A stretch of DNA of 64,000 nucleotides from Podarcis melisellensis. Lineage: Eukaryota. Location of the stretch: NCBI GenBank assembly GCA_964234715.1, contig OZ174278.1. The stretch is one strand, 5' to 3'. Shown in pieces: positions 12,301 to 23,577 of this stretch. The notes below the pieces were generated by a model, which saw only the letters and a program-made list of their open reading frames with translations, was not told where the DNA came from and searched no databases. The first letter of the stretch is position 1. Each line of letters opens with the position of its first letter. Made by a program: the position numbers and the translations under genes.

Positions 12301-14961
12301 GTAGTTAGGACATGCCTGCCTTTCAAAAACTGGGCAGCATGTTTTCCAAGCTGCCTGAAATTTGGCAGATCTGATTTATTTATTTAAAGGCTGCTATAGC
12401 AGAATGCCATTTGGAAGGAAAACAAAAAAGTTCCAGCAGAAGAGCACCTATGGGTGCAATGGAAAACAACAATGAAAAAGCGCAAGGAAGCAATCGAAAT
12501 GCTTGTGAATTAATGAAATGGATGTGAATTAATGACCAACACATGTTTCTGTTGTAGGCCCCAACCCCCACAATGATACACACGATACACAAAATGTTTT
12601 GAATGCCAAAGGGAGAAGAGCTGCTGTTGTGTGGTGTGCATGTGTATGTGTGGAATGTAGGGAAAGAGTTAAGCACCCCTCCTTCCCACCATTTCTCTAC
12701 TCACCTCCTGTAAAATGGCACTGCGGCTTCGTTATATCCAAGAAGTGCTTACCAGTGGAGTGTCTCCGTCAGCAGAGCAGAGCCCAGCACTTCTGCCTCA
12801 TCCAGCACAGCAAATCTGGGATTGGGTTGCTCTGTACCCATTAGGAGCGTTTTGAGACTGAGCCTTGAAGGCAGAGGGCAGCACTGGAAAGAAATGTTGT
12901 GAGTATGGCAGGAACTAAGGGCGGCGATCTAGGACATGCCTTCAGCACCTGCATCAAGGAGGCCGTGCTCACTGCTTGGCTAGGACCATTGCAACGTGCT
13001 GTGGCAGCAAGCAATTGCCAATGAGAACAAAACACCACTTTATCCAGGAAAGGGTCTGTTCCCAGGGTTTCCCTAGGGAGATCAGAACAGAGCTTTTCAC
13101 CAGGCAATGGAGGATCAGCCATATACCACACAACTGGGCATGTCCTGGTACTGAACAGCACTTTCAGTATTCCTTCCTCTCTTGTATGCCAGAGATGAGA
13201 GAATTTTCAGCATGTGATACAGTATACTGTACATAGGGAATTTTGTGTCATTACAAGTTTGTATCCTCTGAAATAATGAGCATTACAGGTTTCTGGGGTG
13301 ACAAAACTTGTGAATGCCCTGGCGACTTATCTTGGTTCCATACTTGATGCCATTAAATCAAACACACATCAATGGAGTCACAATAATCACTGATAATTAG
13401 CAGAGCAGCTCAATATTTATGCATTTGCAGTACTGTGTCCAAGCCTGCAGCCTCTCTGGAGAGAGTGATTTGATTTACTTATTGAGTATTTGTTTTTATA
13501 TCCTGCCTTTCCTCCAATCAGGAGCGCCAAGCACATAACTACTTAAATAAAATACAACCTAGCATCCCATAATATTTTTTTCAAAAATATCATAACATTC
13601 ATTAATCTGAGATGGTCCCTGGTCCAAATCCTGGCCTATCATTTTGCTTTAGCTAAGTTACTGGTTTCCATGCTGCCTTTCCCGTGTGACATATAGGAAT
13701 GCCGAATATAGGAACGTCTATCTGAACTGACTGCTCTATGACCCTGGGAGGAAGAACTGGCTCTCCTTCTCAAGGCTGTGGGCCAACACATCTGAGCCCA
13801 TGCCAGCCATCTGCTAAGGTTTCCTCACATAGCTCTGACATTGGAGCCTCTGCCAGTCAGATAGACCATACTGGGCAAGAGGGAGCAATGCCTCGAGTCA
13901 GTAGAAAAGTAGCCTTCTCCTCAGTTTCTTTCCTGAAACCTAGAAATCCCTCAACGTGTCCTTATATAAGCTGTGGTCAAATATAATTCTGTACAGAAAA
14001 AAACAAGAAGCAGCTGGCACCATACAGTTAAGTTATAATGAAAACATGAGGTGGCTGCCATTACAGAGTCCTGCACTAATGAGAACAGTGGGAGTCTAGC
14101 ATTGCAATAGTCTAATGAAAACAGGAAATGGCTGGCATTACATTGGTATAATGAAAACAGGAGGAGGCTGGCAATATTCTGAGACAATGGGAGGGGGGGA
14201 ATGAAGATTTCTGGCCCTAGTAGATTTAATCTATGTTATATATGACCCCAATGTGCCTGTGATGGAGACTGAAAGCTGGGTCAAAGCATGCTGCTATTTT
14301 AATTTTACTCAAACCGTATGTTTTGGTCAGTGAAATGGAAATGTGCTGTTTGAAATAGACGACTTACGATTTGATTGTATTGTACCATTCCTGATTAACC
14401 TCAAGAAGACCAAAGGTAGAGAGATGCTCAGGAAAAATGAAATTCAGTAAATACATAGGCTTCCCCATTGTGGTAAATCTCTTAGTTGAATACACAGACA
14501 CACACACATTAAAAGAGATGATAATATTATATAAACCAGTGTCAAAATGATTAATAAACCAAATGATAGACAATAATGACTGTTACATTTCTTGGTTTTT
14601 ATCTCTGTGAGATATAGGAATCCAATGGTTTCTGAGGACTCACAACTATTGTGTGTGGCTGTATCCAGACGGTACTTTATCCCTGATATTTGCATTTTAT
14701 GTGACATAAATGCTAGTTCTGGAAACCTAACAGAGGAAGCTTGGTGCTCATTTCCATGTTAATTGCTCCCAGGAAAAAAAATCTGAGCCCAACCTTCTTA
14801 ACCCAGAAAGTCATGGGATGAAATTTGGGTGGTATCCCAGCACCTGCCACTTTTTTTTGGGGGGGGGGGAGAAGCCCACGAGCAGCTAAGAGGTGGAGGG
14901 TAGTGGCATGTCTCATGGCATCTGCTGTTGTGTCACAGCATTATTTCAATGAAAAGCCATA

Positions 14962-15219
14962 CAGTGGTACTTCTGGTTACGAACTTAATTCATTCTGGAG
15001 GTCTGTTCTTAACTTGAAAACTTGAAACCGTTCTTAACCTGAGGTACCACTTTAGCTAATGGGGCCTCCTGCTGCCGCCACTGCACAATTTCTGTTCTCA
15101 TCCTGAGGTAAAGTTCTTAACCTGAGGTACTACTTCCAGGTTAGCAGAGTCTGTAACCCAAAGTATTTGTAACCCAAAGTGTTTGTAACCCGAGGTGTTT
15201 GTTACCTGAGGTACCATGG
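14962..15219. mobile_element. Tc1/mariner-pogo-type MITE
   Basis: TA|CAGTGGTAC...GAGGTACCATGG|TA; TA at both ends; subterminal repeats TTTGTAACCC and GTTCTTAACCTGAGGTA. Confidence 0.85.
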
Positions 15220-16414
15220 TATAATGCCACAGTTAATGCTTTGTAATAATTTTTATTAAATTTTTCCTTTTACAAATTTGCCATCTCAAACAATTTTCAC
15301 AAATTTCAACTTTTTGGACTTCCACCAGCTTCTCCACCAATCATATATTATGTTTGAAGAATACCAAATGACCATTGTAGAAATTATTATGAACAAAGAA
15401 ACTAAATAAAATCAAATATAAGGATATGTGCACATACAGGTTTTCTCAGGGAATGGCTATTATACTGTAAAAGTTAAAACCATGGGCATTCTGTCTAACT
15501 CTCCACTCTGCCGCACGTCCCTTCATAACTTTCAACGCATTTGAGGTGTCCATTTCACTTGATCCTCTCTACATGCATACAGAATAAAATGATACCACAC
15601 TACAAAAAATGAGTCTGGATCTGCACATCCCTGAATTCGACCAGTCTGTTTTTCTGCTAAACCTGCGTTGTCCAGTTGAAATGCCCTCAAATGTACACCA
15701 GCATCTTGCTATGTCTAGTTATGCTGCAATCCAGAGCAATAACAGAAATTCATAGCAAATCTTAATTTTGAAGACCTGCCTGTCTGCCAGATTATTAAGC
15801 GTGGGGAGCTCAAGAAGAGGGGGGGTCGATGAAAGCAACATGGCAGGGATGGAGTCTCTGGACCCCTAGTAGTTGTTCATAGAGCATCCTCCCTCCTGGC
15901 TGAAGAAGTCGTAGAACGTATAGAAGAGAAAACTAGGTGAAAATAAATGCTTAGGGAGGAGGGATGAAGTCTTTGGAAAATTAATCATTCAAGTAATGAT
16001 CCTTCTTCTTAGAACAAAAACGTCAGGGTTTTCTTTTCATTTCCATTTCCTGCTTTTCAGGCTGACCTCTGTAGTTAGGTAGTGTTTTTTTAAAAAAAAT
16101 TATTGCCACAGGAGAGGGTCTTCTTTGCAGCTCCCAGACAGTAAATATACAGCTGTCTTCTGTTTTATTGTGACTGTTAAAGACATCAGAATCTGATTGA
16201 TTGTGATTTCCCTCATCTCGCCGGATGAAATGCGCATCGTTCAAGGCTACAGTAAATTAAGAGGTTGCATCAATCCATGTGCATGCAAACTCTTAGTTCC
16301 TTGGCATCCCATCCTTCCACCTTTTCTCATCCTTAAGATCAACTTCATCTTTGTGGAGATCTTCCAAAGCAACCCATCAAGAAAACCAGGAAGGGAATGC
16401 AACAGAGACGGGAG

Positions 16415-16418
<4 letters not shown>

Positions 16419-16450
<32 letters not shown>
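16419..16450. repeat. (AATC)n microsatellite
   Basis: Tetranucleotide run. Confidence 0.9.
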
Positions 16451-17669
16451 TAATTAAACCAATAGCATGCCAGAAAGTTCCAGCGTGAAAAATGGTGGGA
16501 AGCTTCTTTTTTCTCAAGTTTTTTTCTCAAGCTTCCTGCTTGAGCTGCCAAGAAAATATTCCAGTCAGGTACAACCGACTGAACCAGCACTGTGATGCAA
16601 ATAAGCCAGAGATAATCAAATCACACTTTCTAATCGAGTTCTGCTAGGCCAGCACACTTTATTTCTCTCTAGCTGGCAGTTTCCACATTGTTTTACAATG
16701 CTGCAGAATTAGCTTAAATAATAAATACTTGTGAGTTTATGATTTTTTTAATGCCCAATGTATATTTGAGGAGGGGAAAATGTGAGTAGAGATCGAAAAA
16801 CTATCTTGCTGTGCTGTTTTTAAAGCAGTGTTTAGTCTCTGACTCAAATTTTGTTCCTGCTAGGAAACATTGGCCTCCATTTGGTGGAAGGAAAAGGAAT
16901 AAAATGGGAGGAAATGTCTCCATTAAGTATAAGCTTTTATAACTCCTTCCAAATGGTTAAAAGCAATTATCTTGTCAAGGAAACATTTGTTAGGGTTCAC
17001 GGGATCTCCTCTACATGGCCCTGGCATCAGTAAAATCAGCGCCTGTGCTTGTGTGAGCCTCAAACATGCCCTAATTGTGATACGAGGTGCCACACGCCAT
17101 GCATCCAAGATTAGACGCTGGCCCTTCGCCACGGATGCTGGCATCACAGGAACCAGCTTGGTCACCTGCCAAACTTCTGTTGGGATTTGGATTCACTGAT
17201 TCAGGCTTTCATCTTTCCCCCTGCTCTCAACTTCCTGACTGTCCAAATTGGTATTTTGTTTTATTTTTCATTTTCAATGCCTGGGTAACATCCAGGCAGC
17301 ACAAGAAAGCAAAGAGTTGAAGGAACATTTTCCCCACATTTCATATAATGCTCCACACCTCTATGTGCCTGTCCACTTTTTTGCGGTGAACTGTTTGTTG
17401 CTGGTGGTGCTGAGGATGTGACTATAAACTGGGAAGAAGGAGAAGAGCAGAAAGTAACTGTGTACACATGAGGAATCTTCAACATTTCACGTGGGAAGCC
17501 CCCAGGGGAATGGGGCTGTTTCCTCCAATGAAAAGACTGCTCTGTGTGCAGGCCAGCACCATCGGGTAGCAGCATGAAGCAGTTGCTGCAAGCGCCATCA
17601 TGAAGTGCAGGAATGTATCTGCATGGGGTAAGAAGACTTTTTAAAGTGCTGGCACTAGCACGGTTTATT

Positions 17670-17670
<1 letters not shown>

Positions 17671-17729
<59 letters not shown>
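17671..17729. repeat. (ATT)n microsatellite
   Basis: About 19 perfect units. Confidence 0.95.
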
Positions 17730-17732
<3 letters not shown>

Positions 17733-19318
17733 CATGCTTGTAGTTTATTGACCTAAGAGAACTTTGTTGTTGGGTGGTATTTTTTAATTGACATAAATAA
17801 AACAAATGACAATGGGAGGCCTTGAAGCAGTTTTGAGAGTGAATCCACTCCAGGCATTGAAGGATTTGCAACACCCAACACAGTCACCATGTGTGAACTA
17901 CACTGAGGAGAATGCAGAAATTGAGGAAGCAGAAGAAGAGGCAAGGATCCCGAGGGTTGGTAAGAGAGATACGAAAACGGGGGAAACAGGCATAAAGGTG
18001 TAAATGAAGCCTGCTGAGAATGAAGCCAAGGATGGCACCCACCCACTAATATACAGCCCATCTCTATGGGAAACTTCTCTGTACAGCAGGGCCACTGTCT
18101 AGATGAATATAAATTCTTTTTCACCAAATCTAGTGCCAGAGTAGTTTCAGAGGGCACTTGGTGTTTCAGACCCACTTTCTAAAAATCAGATATTTGCAAC
18201 CTGCAGGACTGGGAAGAAAGCTGCCCAGGAAGGATGGGGTGGTGCATTTCCCAAGTTTTATTCCATTAATCTTCAATGGACTGGCAGTTCTCCATGTTCT
18301 GTTCCACCATTCAGATTTTCTTTGAGAATTCTACCATTAATGTCAAAATTTGTTCTTGTGCTGTTTCTTCTATTTGCATGAGTAATCGTGTGTATTAAAA
18401 CACATCTTGTTTAGTTAATGGAAAGCACAGGAGTTACATTTAAGCTTCTTTATCATCCTTGCAAATCCCCTGCTGAGAAATGCACAGAGAAGAGAAACAA
18501 ATCGCCTGGACAGCAGGTTAATTAATGCCTGAAAAGGCCAGTCTGGTTTCATATTTTCAGCCTCATCCAGATAAGGAGATCTGTGTCCAAGGCAGCTATA
18601 GAAAGCTGACCATGCAACTCTAGCAAACCCCACTTACAAGGCCATCTCAGTGTAATTTTCACAATTGTAAAAACAAATAGCCCCAAAGCACTTGGGTTGG
18701 ACGACACAGTGCGTGTGAAAAAGACATTTCCAAGCAGTTTTTCGTTTAATCATGTGATAATGTCTGCAGTTGCATCAACATTTCATTAGTTCTACGCTTC
18801 AATTATCTTCAGTTAAACAAATCTGCCAATAACTCTATGTAGAAATTCAAATCAAAAGAATTTGTGTGGTTAGATCACCAAAACCATCTAGAAATAAATT
18901 CACACGACTCAAATTTTAGTTTGAGGTTTGGCATAATTTTGGCCACAACTTTATTGATTACAGGCTGTGATTGGTTTGCTTAGGCATTAGTTTAGACTAT
19001 CTGAACCTGTCCCAGACTATCCAGGACAGGAAAAGAACTGACAACTGCCAGTTGCAGATGTCAGTCAAGCACCCTGGTAGATCAATTGGGATGGGTGCAG
19101 ATCCCTAAGATCACACACTGAAAGCTCCCAGGGGCTCTTGCACAGCCCTATCCCCCTTTCAGGGGTCGGACAAATGCATGGCGAACCCCTGGATTCCTTT
19201 CATGGAATACCTACACAGCAACCATTGGAGGGACAGGTCACAGCTACGCTTTGTCCCCTCCACACACATTAACCAATGCCTAACCGCCACACAAGCACCT
19301 GCTCTCGCCGCCAAACCA

Positions 19319-19879
19319 TCACACCTGTAACCAGTCCCTTAACCCTGCTGACACCTTGGTCAGCCAAACATCATTTCCAGCCTTGGAAAGATGCACTCCA
19401 TCAGATCTGTACAAGTCCGTGTCACTGAAGGTAATGCCTGAGTAACGGATAACTGCCCCTCCCAGAGCCAGAACCTTCTTGGCCACTGCGCTATCCAGGT
19501 GCCTTCTGGCCCACGTGCTGGTAGCTGGGCAGTGGCTTCCACGCCACACATGTCGCTGAAGCAATTGCGACCAGAAAATTTTGAGTCCAGAAAGAGCCGT
19601 TGCCATCTCAACCAAGTTCTCCTGTATGCGGGTACGCATACTCCTGCCGGGGGAAGACGGCAGATCATTTTCGCCCAGCTGCACCACCATGGCTGCGGGA
19701 GGTGCCTCGCAGGACAGCCTCCACCGCACCATCGGGAGGAACTCCTCCCATCACATTCCCCATCTGGACATCCAGGACACTTACATATTGCCAGGAAGGC
19801 CAAGTCAACGTCCAAGCCCAGACTCTGCTGCCCGTTGCTCAGCCCAGTACACAATGCTGTGGCCGACAATTCAAATGTG
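19319..19879 (-). pseudogene. SGNH/GDSL-type hydrolase ORF of the YR retrotransposon (four in-frame stops in the N-terminal part)
   Basis: One frame reads HI*IVGHSIVYWA (block I Ser)...SWMSRWGM*W (block II)...VVQLGENDL (block III)...LYRSDGVHLS (block V Asp-x-x-His). ORF 19319-19732 is its open C-terminal part. Confidence 0.88.
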
Positions 19880-19883
19880 CAAC

Positions 19884-20770
19884 ATATCCTTTGTTTGTAA
19901 GCGTCAGACTTCCAGCTTCTCATATCCTTATTCTTTTCCACGGACAAGCCCCAGTGGGCAGCTATAATGGCAGCGCCAATGCGAAAGGAATGAGGTGCAA
20001 ACCCATCGGGCTGGACACCACAAGCTGCAATACCTTTTTGCATCACTCGGTTAAATTGATGCCTCGCCAAAGGGGTTCCGTTTTCATGAACTAGGAATGC
20101 ACCTGCCCTGGGGGGCCACAACGTCAGGTACTTCCTGGCATCCCTAACCAGGCAAGGGCCTTCCCTGCCGGTAGCTGGAAGTCGCAGCAGGGCACCACTG
20201 CCCAATTGGTCAGTTTTAGATTGCCTTATAGCAAGGACCAGCTCAGCTTCAGATAATTCCGCATCCCAAAGCAACAAGCCTCGGGGCTCTCGGCCCTGGA
20301 CGGCTTCAAGCACGACCTCTCCAACCCTCAAGGCACCAAAAAGGGTGACTGAAAAAGCCACCGCTCATACCTGGACCAGCAGACAAGTCTTAACTTGCTG
20401 TGTGTCCTACCCAGTAGGTCAAAAGTGACCGGCTTCCTGGCCATGGACCTTGAGGGCTGAAGTTTACCCCAGCCCTCCAAAGCCTTGCACATACAAGCTT
20501 GACGCAAAGATCTCTGGCAAAAAGAGATTTGCTGAAAAAGGAACTAGTAGCTGATTGAATCCGAAGGGTCTTATTGGCCCTACCGAGCTGAAATAGGTGA
20601 GCCAAGTATTGCAATACTTGCTCAGGAGATGGAGGCACCCAAATTTCCACTGCTCTGGACTGAAAGCGAAAGGTTAAGAATTCAGTCCAGGCCCTTTTGT
20701 ATGAACGAAAAGTGGAAGGGGAAACTGAAGCTACTACTCCCTGTAATACTAAATGCTGCCAAGGCTCCAA
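19884..20770 (-). pseudogene. Tyrosine recombinase (DIRS/Ngaro type), frameshifted
   Basis: N-terminal SPSTFRSYKRAW...VLQYLAHL; after a frameshift KALEGW...RKPVTFDLL; catalytic motifs FGALRVGE, RQSKTDQ, HSFRIGAA and WKSDAYK; removing one 4-nt repeat unit restores YKGYV with the catalytic Tyr. Confidence 0.92.
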
Positions 20771-21002
20771 AGGTGCTCTGGAAAAGAATCCAGCAATTGA
20801 TGGAAGTCCGGGGCCTGAAGCCTGAAGCGCTCCATCTGAAAATGGGATAAAGCGTCGGTGATTTCATTAGAGGCCCAGGAATTAAACGGGCTGAAAACAC
20901 TATATTAAATTTCAAGCAGCACAGCGCAAAGGCCCACAAAAGTGTCGTTACTCTACTGGGGTGCGAAGACTGTTTCATCCATATGCTCACCACTGCCTGG
21001 TC
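20757..21002 (-). pseudogene. C-terminal portion of a DIRS-type RNase H
   Basis: QAVVSIWMKQSS...CLKFNIVFSARLIPG, then a frameshift to NEITDALSHFQMERFR...PEHLWSLG; matches DNQAVV...HIPG..N..ADALSR; overlaps the recombinase start. Confidence 0.82.
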
Positions 21003-21660
21003 CTCAGCATTTGAGCTAGAAGAAGATGCACCCGTGGAAGATGTGGTGTCAGCATCACAACTCCGCCTGGCACGCTTCTTTGAATGCTTTTTCCGGCAAC
21101 GCTGACTGGCAGTAGAGGGCCTCTTAGGGACTGGCAGGCTGTCCTCTTTGGATGAAGCCACAGCAGGGGCCTGATCTTGAGGTTCTGCAGTCATCTGGAA
21201 CAAACTTCGAGAGCGTGAGGTACTGGCCTGACCCACACCCTGCCCAGATACAGAAGCAACAATCCCTGGCTCGGACCGAGACCGAGGTGAAAGCAGTGGT
21301 AGGCAGGACCCCGGCTTTTACTGGTGCGTTGCAGAGAAGCATCTAAGCTACCATGGCGCCCACATGATGAGGCCGGTACCAGGATGCAAGATAACTGGGA
21401 ATCGCTAAATAAGACCCCCAGACCGAGGAAAAGCCTCCCCATCATCGCTAGAGTCAGAAGGGCCATGGGGCTCAATGACTGTTGAAGAAGAATGCCCGGG
21501 GGTCCTGAGTCAACCCTGACATGACTGCCTCCAAGTGTCCTGCAGCTTGGGTCGGTGGCAAGGATGAAGGCTCAGTCCTAAGCAACTGGGAAGGCCAGCA
21601 GATTATTCTTTTGGAAGGAAGGGCCGTCTCCGCAGAAGCTGGGACCCTCTAAGGAGGCAT
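21003..21660 (-). pseudogene. gag-like ORF1 N-terminal remnant of the YR retrotransposon
   Basis: Starts ATG CCT CCT TAG AGG (MPP*R, probably MPPKR originally); Pro/Ala/Ser-rich with a basic stretch RKKHSKKRARR and a poly-Ser; lies upstream of RNase H and the recombinase. Confidence 0.6.
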
Positions 21661-21704
21661 AGTGACCAAGCTTAATGAGGGAGAAGGAGAGAAAATTCAT
21701 AATC

Positions 21705-23577
21705 GGGACTTCCGGGTTGACGCGATCGGCTAATGGCGGATTCCCTCCGAGCTCCGGAGGGAATCGGCTCCGCTGAGGACGGGTCTCACCGCGCCGGCGA
21801 CGCGGGGACCCTCAGAAACCACAGGCGCGGATGCCTGTGGACTTGGTGACTCGGTGGGCACCTTAAGCGCCCTCCTCGACAGTCGAAGAGCCTTTTTAAA
21901 GGCTGCGGAGAAGGTACGAGGAGCGGCGTGGTGCTGAGAGTAGACCGCTACCTCAGCGGAGCGAAGCCGCAAACCATTGCCGGAGAGCGTCAACTTTCTT
22001 CCCGACATTTGGACTGGAAACAAATACCCCGTGAGTAGAACGAAATTTGGATTTTAGAAGAAATTTATCCTTCATCTGGAACGAACGGGGGGGGGGGGTT
22101 GTGCTAAAGGGAAGTCCGCACCCCCCCTTCTGTGCAGACAATTTGAAGCAAGGAACGGAAACCTAAGATCGGATTAAAAAATCTTTTTGTGCCTTTTGGG
22201 ACTGACAAGAGATTCCATTAATTTGTGAGAATAAGTTTCTATCTTTTTATTTAAAGCTGTGCTGGAGGGAAGAGGCGTTTTTTGAAAGTTTTTATGAATC
22301 CCCCCCCCCTCCGGGACCCTGGAGTGTCCTGTATCAACTTAGCGCCAAAAAACGGGAGTTTGACAGCTGTCAATTGAGCTGTCAAACGGCTGGACCAAGA
22401 TAAGAACTGTATCCTTATATCTCTCTGACTTAAAGGTGTTACATTGAACTAGAAGTGATTTGAAACAAAGTAACAACAAGTAACCATAAAGTAAAGGACT
22501 GTTGGTGGGGAACTTTGAAAAATGGCAATCCCCCTAGGGGAAACCAGTGATATTACAATGGCGGCAGAAGGAAAACTACTGGCAGAAATAGAAAGAGCTC
22601 TTTTTCTCGTGGGAACTTTACAAGAGCAAGAGATGGTTATGGAAAAGCAGCTTATGACCTTGATTTCTAAAACAAGCAACCCTGCTGGTGGAAATGAGGA
22701 TCTGATCTTGGAAGATTCTACAGCTGAACCAGAAAAAACATCCTTGGAGCTGGTGGAAAAGGAGTCTGGAGGGAAAAAAGTGCAGGAACATGAATTTGTG
22801 CAGCCAGGGAACAGAGAACCCTCTTGGATTACAAGTTATGAGAGGAGAAAAGTAAAGGAGGAAGTCCATGGACACTATGGAGTTAAAGTTAAAGGAATAA
22901 AGAAACACAACTGGGGCTTCCTCCTCTTTTCTGGCCTTGCTGACTGTGATCTGGGGGAACCTTTGGCAGAACCCTGGCAGCAAACTCGATTGGAATTCGA
23001 CTGGAGAGAAAGCGAGGAGATTGTGTTAGACATCCCTCGAGACTTGGAGACCTACAAGAAGGACTACCAACATAACAGGCAAAGAGAGACTCAAAGGGAC
23101 TTAAAAGCCTCTGATGTGAGAAATCCAGGCTAAGAGTTTTACAAGAGGACAGTGATCTGGGAAGGGACAGATACCAGGGCAGGGAGGAAGGGGGAAAAAA
23201 ATTTCACTTCATCTTATGACTTTTGGATTTTACAATTCTAATCTATATTTCAATATGAAAAAATGGGAATTTATGGTATAAGAACCTGGATCGATCTTAG
23301 AAAATGGATTTAATGTATATAAGAGAAGTAGACAAACAAATTGGACTTAACAAAGGGAATTAACTTTAAGTATAACAAGAATAGGTTTAAGGAGTGAAAC
23401 AAGAACTTGCTGAATTATACAGGAGAATTGGGATGCATGGGGGGGTGGGGGGAAGTCAGGGAAAGAGGGTTATGAAAAAATCTATTTGTGTTTTTCTTTT
23501 TTTTTCTTTTTTGTTTTTTCTTTGTTTTGTGTTGTTTTAAAAATGTGAAAACCTAATAAAAAGATTTATATAAAAAA
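21705..23577 (+). mobile_element. Full-length 1.87 kb non-autonomous L1-type (HAL1-like) retroposon with a single ORF
   Basis: Perfect 15-bp TSD AGAAAATTCATAATC at 21690-21704 and 23578-23592; begins GGGACTTCCGG; CpG-rich 5' UTR; AATAAA at 23555 then an A-rich tail; GGGAAGTC 3' motif shared with the L1 ends near 24240 and 30750. Confidence 0.85.
22522..23133 (+). CDS. 203-aa ORF of the non-autonomous retroposon; predicted N-terminal coiled coil, function unknown
   Basis: Uninterrupted ATG-to-TAA frame with AAAATGG Kozak context; heptad-like LLAEIERALFLVGTLQEQEMVMEKQLMTLISK; Glu/Lys-rich; no RT or endonuclease motifs. Confidence 0.65.
   Translation: MAIPLGETSDITMAAEGKLLAEIERALFLVGTLQEQEMVMEKQLMTLISKTSNPAGGNEDLILEDSTAEPEKTSLELVEKESGGKKVQEHEFVQPGNREPSWITSYERRKVKEEVHGHYGVKVKGIKKHNWGFLLFSGLADCDLGEPLAEPWQQTRLEFDWRESEEIVLDIPRDLETYKKDYQHNRQRETQRDLKASDVRNPG

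Noticed and set aside
12651-12672. TGGAATGTA seed match to miR-1/206
   Set aside because: The remaining sequence diverges from the mature miRNAs and there is no convincing hairpin arm.
15140-15215. Regularly spaced TTTGTAACCC repeats as a CRISPR-like array
   Set aside because: No unique spacers; these are subterminal repeats of a MITE in eukaryotic DNA.
19360-20361. 333-aa ORF as an intact phage-type integrase gene
   Set aside because: The recombinase is frameshifted at both ends, the C-terminal half of this ORF is an off-frame read of the SGNH region, and the context is a eukaryotic retrotransposon rather than a prophage.
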